From NCBI GenBank assembly GCA_905178155.1, contig CAJINV010000002.1, positions 4,955,709-5,019,708 of the forward strand: a stretch of DNA of 64,000 nt. Direction: 5' to 3'. The translations under genes and the position numbers were made by a program. The notes under the pieces were generated by a model. It was not told the origin of the DNA. It made no database searches and saw nothing but the letters and a program-made list of their open reading frames with translations. This DNA comes from Amoebophrya sp. A120. Lineage: Eukaryota; Protista; Dinoflagellata. Below, piece by piece: positions 51,001 through 61,750 of this stretch (the stretch's first letter is position 1; every line of letters starts with the position of its first letter).

Positions 51001-52534
51001 ACCGTCTCACCTTCTACACTTTGAAGGGCCGCGGCGGCGGCTGTGCTCAGCGCCTGATTACAACTGGTGCCATAATTCTCCCCAAGAAGGAGCTCACTAG
51101 TCGGTGTTGTAGTCGTCGTTGAGGGCGTGGTAGCTGCTACGTGCAGGAGGGGGGGCTTTAGGTGGTCCTTCATTTCCTCTAGTTCCCTATCCTTGTCGTC
51201 GACTGTACCATGATGATCTGGGTCGTCGTGTTTCTTGTCACGCTGTTCGACGAGGACATCTTGTTCCACCACAACTTCAGGCCCGACGACGACTCTTTCT
51301 GCCTGATGCTTTGCCTTTCGTTCCTCCTGCTCTACCAACACCCGGCTCGCCACGTCTTTCTGGTTTGCTACCAGCTCGTCCACTTCTTGTTTCCAAGTCG
51401 GGAGGTCGAAGCCCCGGTCTTGCAAAAGCTGTTCGCGGACGAATCGAACCTTATGAAATGCAAATATGTCTGGGTCTGGAAGATTGCAAGACTTTGGTTG
51501 GTTGGTTGGATAGCGCCTGTCGCCGGTGCAGGTCCCGCCCTCCATCGATTGCGATCCGGAGTAGCCGGAACTTCTGGATCACGCAACTGGTCTCCATTAC
51601 TACACGCAAAAGCATTACAGGTTTTGCGCAGGCCTCCTGATATCTATCCCGCATGAGAAATTCCCTATTTGCGTAGCAAGAAATGGGAAGCTTTTGGTGT
51701 TTATGCAATACAAATTTTTGCCTATTCCAGAATTCGCATGACAAGTTCCAATCCTTCCCGACCCAGACATTTTTACACTTGATAAACCTCGTACTGATAC
51801 AAAAGTCGCTGCTTCAACCTTTCCAACTCGAGCTGGAGCGAAGTCCTCAGAGTGCTGCTGTGGCTCGTGATAGAAGGTGGCTCCGCACCATGATGAAACT
51901 CCGCGTCCAGCGCTTTTTCCACCGCCTCGCACATCCCCCGACATCCAGTCCAGCGGGAGTCGTCGTGCGACGCCTTGTCGCTCAGTGACAAGTGGTCGAG
52001 CACTGCTAAAATGTGCAGCAGCCGGTTCCGCTTAATCTTCGGCGGCGCTCCTTTCGCTGCTCCTGGTGTCCTCATGTCATCTCGTCCTGCTGCGACATCT
52101 TCGCTATTGGACGATGCATTCTTTACATCGCTCGCATCAGAATCATCGGCTGTAGTCATTAGATTTTTAGAGGAGGACGACACTCCAGTGCTAGACGAGG
52201 AAGTTGTAGATGCAAACACCGCTACTAGTTCCTTCCTCGGACGCCACTTCAGATACACTTCCAAAATGTCCCTCAGATAGCCCAAGTACTCGAGCGCAGT
52301 CGTTTCCAGCGACTGACGGCGGATGTTCTGGGTGTTGTAGCAGGTCGTGCCGAGTTTTCGGAGCACCTGGTCCAGGTCCTCCAGAATCGCGTCAAAATCT
52401 TCGGCGTTCATTTTCTCGAACTGCTGGGCGGTGGAAAATGTGTTTTTACCCTCAACAGGTACTTCGATTTTTTTTACTTTCGTCAGTGGTGCCTTGCGAG
52501 GAAGAAAAGTGCGATAGTACTCAATCAGGAACAA
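48049..52534 (-). CDS. Protein with a C-terminal tropomodulin/RNI-like leucine-rich repeat domain; 3 introners; 5' end unresolved
   Basis: LNDRNLKKLDLSN, ANTELESLSLKNCDL, rebuilt ENTTLKTLNLENNNLNADQVARIAEALMEN, NSSLKKLGL...IDRALMRN. Confidence 0.75.
48305..48566. mobile_element. TIR introner, family A (262 bp)
   Basis: Family A TIRs; TSD acgcc/acgcc. Confidence 0.93.
48626..48877. mobile_element. TIR introner, family A
   Basis: Family A TIRs; TSD tcagc/tcagc; removal rebuilds LKTL-NLENN. Confidence 0.92.
51452..51784. mobile_element. TIR introner, family A, extended (333 bp)
   Basis: Family A TIRs; TSD aacct/aacct; joins YEV-RFVR. Confidence 0.9.
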
Positions 52535-53490
52535 AAATGGATAGGAATACAGAATTATCCGTGTCCAAAACTACACTATGTTATTTCGTTCCTTTCGATC
52601 TTTGAGGATCACATGAATTCCAACTTCATCAATCACTTGCTTCGTCTGATACAACATCATAATCACGGAAACTACAGTATCGGCAGTATTGACCCCCGGC
52701 ACAGATGATCGCGAAATGAGAAAAGAGCGCTGCCGCAGCATATTAAAGCCATTCTCCGACGAGCCGGGCTTGCACACTCTTTTCAGGAAAACCTGAAGGC
52801 CACGATCCTTTTGCATCAAAACTGCCACGATAAGAATCCTTTCGCCGCGATGAACCAAGAACCGTAGAGAGAACCACAGTAGTCAGCGTAAAAACGACAC
52901 AGGAACAGACATTAACTCGCAGAGATAGAGAACCGTTTATTTTGCATCACGAAAGCAAGTTCTTACTACCGAAAATAATAGCCTTCATCATGATTTGGAC
53001 TCTATCTCTTGATCGGAAGTGGACCTCTTCCCTAATAGAGCTACCGCATCGAAGATGAACACTAGTATCGTTTATTGCCAAAAAAGTCAAAGGCAATTAC
53101 TAACCCGCCGGGCTGACCTAGCCAGCCCTGCCATGGCTTTCCTCTCATCTGAAATGTCGCTTAGTGCCTGCCGTAAAGAAGACTTTACGGATATGATCCT
53201 ATGGTAAAAAAATCGTCCTTCTGGAGAAAGGTTTTTCGTCGGGTCCTTGTAGGAAAAGGAGAATATGTCAAGGGAGTCGCATCATCAGGTGCGGACAAAG
53301 GACTAGTGTCGTTCAAAGTAATTGTGACTGTCGCCATCCTGAGGTTCTTGTTAAAAACATTCCGCGGCTATAATTCATAGCGATTGCAGTTCTGCAGTTC
53401 ATCCTCGCCACCACCATTTCTTGTCAGCAAACACTATGCCGAACAATCGAAAATGACAGAAAGCGCAGCTGCAATCGATCAGAATCACTA

Positions 53491-56400
53491 TCACCCCATC
53501 AGCGCCTCGCCCATGCGTATTTTGTCCCCCTCCTGCACTTTCCACTCGTACTCTTTGGGGCATTCGAACACCAACACCACCGTAGAGCCCATGCGGAAGC
53601 CCCCGACCAAATCGCCCTTGTTCAACTGCAGGATTTTCTCCCAGCTGCCCCACCGAGAGGAAAATTCCTTGCTGGTCACCATGTTGCTGATTTCGAACGG
53701 CGCGCCCACCCCGTCGTTCGTCCGCAAATTTTCGTCGAAGTCCAGCCAAATGCCCCCCACGTTGTAGGCCGCCACCGCCGTCATGTGCATCGAGAGCAGC
53801 TCGGAGGAGGTTTTCTTGTTTGACGTTCTCATATGGGGTTCTACTTTCGACGTTTGTGCACTGCTACTTGTCGAAGTTTCCGGCCTTGGATAGCATCCGG
53901 ATAACACAAGCCGCTCGTTGCAGGTGAAAAGATCCGGGATCCAGTCGGCGAACTGCGGGTTTACCGGGAACAACTCCCCCGGGTAGTGCCGCCCCACGTC
54001 AATCCGGAAGTTTTCCACCGGGGAGTGAAACCGGTGGTAGTCCCCCGGGGCTAGGTACAGAACGCAGTAGGCGAGTTTGACCCCGGAATCGACCTTGTTC
54101 TCCATCTGCTTCTGGAAAAACTCCTGCTCTTTCCGCAACTGCTGTTCCCTCTGCTTTTCCTCGAGAATTTCTTGCTCTTTCTGTTGGAACATTTCCTTGT
54201 GGAACTGCTCATCCTTCGGATTGTTGAAAAAAGCAGTAGAGCGAGATGTTGTTGCTGCTGTTGAGGACGAAGTAGAAGATGCTGCTATACTCACGTTGTC
54301 TCCTACTTCATCTCTTTTCCTCTTCACCGGCGAAAAGCTGCTGTTCCGTATGGATTGCAAAAATGTCTGGGTCTGGAAGATTCTGAGACATGTCATGCAC
54401 GGTTTGCATGAGCCATGAGGTCTGTGATGCATGCCCTAGCATCACAGGTTTTTTGAGAGATTCTTGATGCCTATTCCGCATGACAAATGCCCTCTCCGCG
54501 TGGCAAAAATTAGATTCCTTTTGCTGCTCATGCAACACAAATTTTTTAGACATCCAAATACAGCATCACAAGTTGCATTCTTCCAGACCTAGACATTTTT
54601 GCATTTGATATTCCGTCTTTGCCTCAAACTTGCCGTGGTCCCAGCGTGGTCTTCCTCGCTACTGCTGCTGTCGAGCGAGCTGGATTCCAGCGTGCTCACC
54701 GGCTCGGAACTGTCCTCGCTCCCGGTGGTTGTACTTGCCGCGGAGTTGGCCGGGCTCGGATTTTTCTGTCCACCCAGAGTACTAGTTGCACTAGCACTAC
54801 CCGGGGGCCCGGTCAGGTGGAGTTGCTTCGAGTTTTTCACGTGCTGGACCGCCGCCGCTTGCGACATCGAGGCCCACTGCTTCTCGCGGTGGGACACCTT
54901 CACGTTGGTTCCGGGCATGGTGGTCAGCGACTTTTCGTCCGTTTGTCGCTCCGCGAGGTCGTCTTGTTCGAACTTTTTGAACTCGATCTCGTTGTTCTCC
55001 ACCTGCTCCTTCGTAAAATTGTACTTCGGGGGGGTCTGCCGGATCACCCGTTGGCGCTTAAACTGCTTCTCCTCCTCGAGTATCAAATGCAAATATGTCT
55101 GGGTCTGGAAAATTGCGGGATTTGTCATGCTAGTCTGGCATGACTCTGCGCCCTGTATTGCGTGGCCACCAAAAGGTCCTCTTGCCTGTCATGCAAAAGC
55201 GCAGTTTCTCATGCGAAATACGCAGCACAGAAGCACGAAAAGACTTGTCATGCTTGGCGGCGCATTGCAGAGCAGTTACTGTTCACGGATTTGCATCACA
55301 AGTTTCCGGACCCAGACATAATTGCATTTGATATCGAGTAAAAGCTCATCCACGTTCTCCCTCGTCTCCTGCACCTCGAGCTTGTGCAGCCGCACGCCGC
55401 CGTGGACTGTGGTTAGGTTTTTGGAGGTAATTGATAAAGAATCATTTTTCTGGACGATGAGGATGTTAAAAATAAGTGGATCAAGAAATTTTTGGCGCGC
55501 CAATTCTTGTTGGAATTGTGCACTACGAGATTTTATTTGAGAAGAACCTGCAGTACTAGATCAAATGTAGTATCATAAATCTAAAAACTCAAAGAGTATC
55601 ATCTATACGTTCCTGATGGAACTCCCCTATTGCTTCCTCGCCATTCTTCCCGCCGATCCCGGTTAGCAGCATTTCCCGCTCCAAAATCGTGCGGTAGGGG
55701 TCCGTCCCCAGAAAGGCCGTGACGTCGTAACTCGCCCCCTTCACCTGGGGCACCCGCGCCTCCGATCCGGTAATCTCCCCCATCGCGACGAGTCGCCCGT
55801 CCACCGGAGAGGTGATCCCGCAATTTCTGTCGATTTTATGCACGTCGTCTTTCACGGACCGGGTGAAAAATTGTTGGAAACAGGTGTAGGTCTCCAGCGG
55901 GTACCGGCACTCCTCCATTTTCACGTCGTAAATCTGCCCAAAAAGCTGGTAGATCGGCGCGCGCCAGCTCGGGGGCAGCTCGATCTCCGTGATGAACTTC
56001 ATGATGCGCGACCGGGCGGGGCCTGGTCGAGTCATTTTGTCTAAATTTGATGCAGCTTCAATTTCGTTCATTTCGATGGCACCACGACGGGCAGCGCAGC
56101 AAAACTCAAAAGCAAAACTCAAAAGCAAAACTCAAAAGTGCTACCTCTGCTTGTGCTTCTCTGATCCATGACTCTCTACTCCAACTGCGCAAGTCACAAA
56201 TTTCTCTGTGCTGAGTAGTCCTAGTACGCGCATCGAATCAGAGTGAAAGAACTAAGGTTTGGAAATAAAGCGAAAAAAAAAACACACTACTTCTATACCA
56301 AAAAAGTGCCGCACCGCCCAGATGAGACTGGGATCTTCCAGCCTTGCCGGGTTCCCCGCCATGTTCACGGAGTGCACGAAGAGTTTGTGACTGTACCAGA

Positions 56401-57427
56401 GAAAAAAGGAAAACCCCGCCACAAAGACGCCGGCCCAGACGCGCGCCCCTGTAGATAAGACAGATTCGTTAGAGAATAAAAGTGAGAAGACAAGACTGGA
56501 GAGCGAAATCGTGAGCGGGATCACGATTCCGAAGGCGAACACCGCGGTCAGGACGATGAAGGAAGACGTGGTCAACACGATGAACGCCAGCGCCTTCAGA
56601 TCCGTCTTCCGCGCCGACTCGTCCGGGTGGTAATAGAATTCCGAGTCGGAGATGTCAGACTCCGACTCAATCGCGGTCTCTTCGACTTGTTGCAAAGAGT
56701 AGCTCTTCGTGGACACACTGTCGCTGTTTTCTTCCGCCGCGGAGTGGTAGTGAAGGGAACAACTGTGGTTTTCTGAGTTGTCGCAAGGTGAGGGGTAGGT
56801 GGAGGAAGAAATATTGTTGCTGTGCGAGATGACGTTGTCGCCGTCCTCTTGTATTGATAGTTCTCCACGATCTCCGCCCGAAGTCCCTGAAATCCTATCG
56901 CAGGACCCTAACGAGTTGCTGCTACCGCTGCTCGTCAAGACGGCGTTGTTTGTTGTGTGTATTATGTGGTGATGATGATGATGATGGTGGTGGTGCTTGT
57001 CCTTGGACGGCTGTGGACGGAAATTCCGCCACGACGGACGCCGCTTCGACGCCGTGGAGCTACTCGATGGAGTTGCAGTTGCGCCTGCATGGTGGTGCTG
57101 GTGTGCTGTTACGACCTGCGGAGGTTGTACAACTCCTGTAGTACTACACAACGGTTTATTTCCTGATGGCACCACCACCGCCAGAGATCCAGACTCGTCG
57201 GGCGAACTGCAGCGGCTACTTGGTAACATTGCTGTGCTGGTGTAGTTACTCGCGGCGGCATTTTTAGTTGTATTTCCCCCGGTGCAGCATGATGTTAGTT
57301 GTTGCGCGTGTAGTTCATCTTGATGGCAGCCATGTTCTGCAAAAGCTGCACTAGAACTGGCGCATTTGCTGGTTTTGGTCTCCTCCGCTGCGGTCGGCTT
57401 CTCCAGCAGAGGGCTTCTGTATGTCAT
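53491..57427 (-). CDS. PSD: Phosphatidylserine decarboxylase proenzyme with a long N-terminal extension and TM segments
   Basis: FQQFFTRSVK, SPVDG, QVKGASY, YLAPGDYHRFHSP, NERLVL, VAAYNVGGI, GGFRMGSTVVLVFE (GST self-cleavage motif); 2 introners plus probable canonical introns. Confidence 0.92.
54349..54610. mobile_element. TIR introner, family A (262 bp)
   Basis: Family A TIRs; TSD ttccg/ttccg. Confidence 0.92.
55081..55333. mobile_element. TIR introner, family A
   Basis: Family A TIRs; TSD tcgag/tcgag; joins ELLL-EEEK. Confidence 0.92.
56099..56137. repeat. 13-bp tandem repeat x3 (GCAAAACTCAAAA) in a probable PSD intron
   Basis: gcaaaactcaaaa gcaaaactcaaaa gcaaaactcaaaa. Confidence 0.8.
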
Positions 57428-58849
57428 TTTCCTGCTGCCCGATTTAGAAAGGGGAAGCCTCTAGTGATCTTCTAGTATGGTAAAAATATCAAATGAAGCA
57501 GTAAGCGCGAAGATCAAACAACAAACACGGCATCAAACACCAGCAGGCCCTTGTAGATCTTGACTCCGAGGGCGAGAAAGACCACAACTTAGTTAGTAGT
57601 CCACAACGCCGACAGAATCCGATCCGGACTTTCAAGGGCTGCTGGTGGATCCGCGCACGCGCTTCGCTTCCTTATGAATGCCTATCTTAAAATTTCATAG
57701 CTAAGTACTACGTAGTGAGTATCTACAAACTTCCTCGGCCTGGAATCGTGCTAGTGGTTAAAGTCTGAATGTTGTTGTGCATATACTTATGCCTATGCGC
57801 GTGTGCGTGGTCGTGCGAATAATAAGTGGAGCAAAACTGTTTTAACCACTGCGGCGTATAACTAAACTTTTTGAAAATTTCATGCGAAAAGATGGGCGCC
57901 GCGGTGCATCAAAAAGTCCTCGATAGAACGGATGCACCCGCCTATCTATTCACTTCTACTCTATGCGTGAAGTTTTACAAACAAAATAATTCGTGCAATA
58001 TGTTATGTTGCGTAATAGAAATCTACTACATGTAATACGATGTTTACGGGCGTAGCAAAATTAGGGCCTGTGAGTAGGGAAAAAACGTGAAAGAAAAACG
58101 CATCGAAATCTTTCTCACGACCGCTTGCAGACAGTACGCGCTGCTGGGCGCGCGCCGAAACGCAAGGTGAGAGAGAAAAAATGCGGGAGAGAAAAAAAGC
58201 ATGTGGATTGAGACCGAAGCTTTCTTCTCTACTCTACCGACTGTCTTTTCTATTATTTCATCCGGAACATAATTTTTCAAGTTCTTTTGCACAGATTTTC
58301 ATTGCAGCTTATTATTGTGATGGACGTAATTTATTTGCACGATATGAGCCTGGGCATGTGTTGTACGAACCGATCTTTTTGTACGATACTTGTGCAGTAC
58401 TGTCTTTACTACGTTTTGGTCATTTTCATCTTGTCAGACCTTCTGCATTTGGATCAACGATTTAAGGTAGTACGGACAGCTAGGCAGTTGCACTCGACCA
58501 AAATCGAGTCATATGGGTAGTAGGAGTGGCTAGAATCATGCATGAATGCATACTTATTTTGTGCACTACAGGCTCGTCTACAGCTATCATAAGTCGTCGG
58601 CAATTGAAGCTAGAGTGAGCGAGACAACTTGTCCATAATAATCGTCGCTGTGAAGAATTGTACTTGAGAGGACTTGAGCCAAATGCAACAAACAAAACAT
58701 GCGCAGCGATTGCCAAGAAGCCAGCGGCTCATCATAGCACTCTAGAACTGCTGAATCACGTACCATCATATCACCAACCAGCATTCTACGACTCAGCACG
58801 CAGAGCAGAAACTACATATTGATCGAAACCGTAAAAAAACAGCAGCAGC

Positions 58850-59916
58850 CTATATAAATTCAATACAGTAGACCCGTCCCTTCCAGACGTCGTAGCGTTC
58901 GCTGTTGTATCAACTGCAAATATGTCTGGGTCTGCAAGATTCCGGGATTTGTGATGCATATTTTGTATGAGCCATGATGCATGTGATGCATGATCTAGCA
59001 TCACAGATTTTTAGAGGCCTTCCTGATGCCTATTCCGCGTGAGAGAGGCCCTATCCGCGTAACACAAACTGGACTCCTGTTGTTGGTCACGCAATACAGA
59101 TTTTTTTGGAATCCAAAGACAGCATGACAAGTTGCAATCTTCCAGACCCAGACACTTTTGCAATTCATATGTTGTAGCTCCGGTATTTGGCGGGCGGAAT
59201 GTAGGTCGGCGTGTGCGGGACTGGTAGAATGGTCTCCCGTTTTTTGCTATCCTGTGCAAAAGTATCGTGCTCTTAGTAATCGCAGTCATGCATTACAAAT
59301 CTTCATCTCAAGGTAAAACAGCATGACAAATTCCATTTGTCATGCTGAGCTAATTTGTCATGCGATTGATACTAGTACGATACTTTTGCAGTTCATATTT
59401 CCCCGTCGGAATGTCCTCCTTGCCTGCTCCTTTCGGTGTCAATTCATTCTTCTCCTGCTCGGACAAAACTAGGTCCGACCGATCGGCAGCAGCTCCTGCC
59501 CCGCCGCCATTTTTCAGGATATTCTTCCGAACCAGCAACATCGACCCAAGCGGCGCTTCCGGCGTGATTCCCGGAATCGCCCCGGGCTGCGCCTGAAACG
59601 CAAAGCATCGAGACGACGATATGGTTGTTGACGCGGGACGACTTGTAAAGCTTGCTAATCCCCCGCCGTAGTAATTCTCTTGTTGCCGAAAAACTTGTAC
59701 TGGCCGCACAAACCGCGCCGTAGAACTGCTGCTGCCCCCGATCTGCAAGTTTGGGGGACTTTTTACTACACTTGTAGCACTTCTTTTCCTTAAAACCGAC
59801 AACGCCTGCATGGAGGTGTAACCTTCCTGACAAATGACCTTCCGCGTCGAGGTAGTTCCACAGGTCCTCCCCGCGGCGGCGCGCGAGTGCAATCGCCCCA
59901 AGGATTTTTGCAGCAT
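58850..59916 (-). CDS. Hypothetical protein with an Arg/Ser-rich, mitochondrial-presequence-like N-terminus; 2 introners
   Basis: After removal the C-terminus reads DIPTGKKRETILPVPHTPTYIPPAKYRSYNSERYDVWKGRVYCIEFI followed by a stop. Confidence 0.65.
58908..59169. mobile_element. TIR introner, family A (262 bp)
   Basis: Family A TIRs; TSD tgttg/tgttg. Confidence 0.92.
59248..59397. mobile_element. TIR introner, family H (150 bp)
   Basis: TATCCTGTGCAAAAGTATCGTGCT...AGTACGATACTTTTGCAGTTCATA; TSD tttgc/tttcc. Confidence 0.85.
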
Positions 59917-60004
59917 GGTGCGACTATATCAAGCAACACAGCTGCACCACCCGCCTTGTATCTATAACAGGCTCTGCTCTACTGCGCCTCTTAACCACCT
60001 GTGA

Positions 60005-60409
60005 CTACTCCAGCTGAAACTTCCCCGCATACAGCTTTTCAAACTCCGCGAAACGTAGGTGAGCAGGCTCGTTAAAATACATTTTTTCCGGATTCGTTTT
60101 TTTACCCTTCGTCTTCGCTCCGGCGTCCGCAGAATTATCCAGCTGCTCCTTCGCAAAGCTGAGCATGCGACTTGCGAATTCCTCTGCGCTGTTGTTATCG
60201 GTGATGGACGAAGACGAAAACCCGATCTGGTACTGCTTCAAGGCCGCGGCCAAAGACTCGGCAGTTATCAAGGGTATGCCCTCTTGGGCAGAGACAAGAG
60301 CATTATCCGTAACCTTCTCAGTCTTCAACTTCTCGAAGATAAACTCCGCCGCGGCGGTGGTCTCCTGCGCAGCAGCGTCGGCTTTGCTCTTCGTCGCTTT
60401 GCTCGTCAT
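60005..60409 (-). CDS. Small hypothetical protein, possibly a degenerate EF-hand pair
   Basis: 134-aa ATG ORF; LITAESLAAALKQY...LRFAEFEKLY resembles calmodulin-lobe helices. Confidence 0.55.
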   Translation of the reverse strand: MTSKATKSKADAAAQETTAAAEFIFEKLKTEKVTDNALVSAQEGIPLITAESLAAALKQYQIGFSSSSITDNNSAEEFASRMLSFAKEQLDNSADAGAKTKGKKTNPEKMYFNEPAHLRFAEFEKLYAGKFQLE

Positions 60410-61750
60410 TGTACAGCTGACATTGTGCAGTGGAGGTCGGATAGGGTTGTTGGTTCTCAGGCTAAAAACGCTACTCCATAAAACGCGGAAAAATATGAAA
60501 GAAAGTGTTAAAGGCTATACTGATTTGTTCCTTGCTAATAACGGAGATAAACACTGAATAAACGTGTCAGACTTCTTCTTGTTGGACGAGGTCGTAAGTC
60601 ACTTGAGCAACTTTATTTTCCTGATGGTCTCAACATCCAAGCAAAAAGAAATAGCGGCCTGTGAGTAGTTGAGCTGCAACACTTTTATGTCCCTTGTACC
60701 ACAATAAACATCCAAACGACTTCAAGATATGGCTGGCCGCAGAAAAAACACATCATTACTCGGGAAGTATCTATAATTTCATCCTTCTTTCACAGCAAAA
60801 TTTCATCAACATCTGATGGCAGCAACAGCGACAGAGTTCAAATTTGTTGTTCAGAAGCGGCCACAGTCGATGAACATCAAAGCGACCTTTTGCCGCAAGA
60901 ATCTGCCAGGCCTGTCTCGCAACCGGGGCGCCTGCTCCCGTCGTGGGTTTTATCGTTTTCCAAGTGCAAGCTTCTTCTCAGAGCAAAAACTGTCAGCGCT
61001 GTTTTTCGTGGACCATGGTGGAATGTTCGTGTACATGTTTCAAGAGTTGTTTTCTGTAGAATGTGAATGTGTGGTGTGTGTCTAATACTACGCTGCGATG
61101 ATGATGAATTAGCGTGGTTTATTCTCTTTGCTTTGCCAGTGACGAGATTCACTGGAATAAATTGTGTTGAATTATACTAAGTAATAGCGGTAGTACGACG
61201 CTGACAAGTACGAAGCAATTTCAACTGTCTAGAACCTCTTTTTCTGCTGATTTTTTCAGCATGATTTCTACAACTTACTAGGAGTATGATATGCATAGGA
61301 TCCTGTTTAATTAGACGTGTGTTCTTGAAGAACAACACGGATACAAAGGCCGCTTTGAATTAAGACGAGAAATGGTCAGAGTGTTAACTAGTACCCAAAA
61401 TCCATTCAGTCAACATTAGTGTCCAGTCAACGAGCGCCTCGCACAGAGCAACAGCAACTATTGAATTCCTATCGCTAGGTTTACTGATTTTCTATGCCGA
61501 GAAGCGACATAATGACTTTCATCAAACCACGCGCACTATAACGGCGTTAATTAGGTGTATACTCTGCGCAAACTCGGGAAAAGAAGGCAGTATCCGAAGA
61601 CGTAGACGAAGCAAAACTATGCATGAAAGAAATCTTCTGTGTCAAAGTTCATCCCAAATATAACGTCAATAGAAAACTAGGTATGATCGACATCCTGTAC
61701 AACTTACATGTTTTAAAATTTTTTCACTGCTTCCATCGAACTGCCTTCTC

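Noticed and set aside
58673-58685. Partial SL-like CATTTGGCTCAAG on the minus strand
   Set aside because: Only the 3' half matches, with a deletion, and it is about 1.2 kb from the PSD start. Too weak to call.
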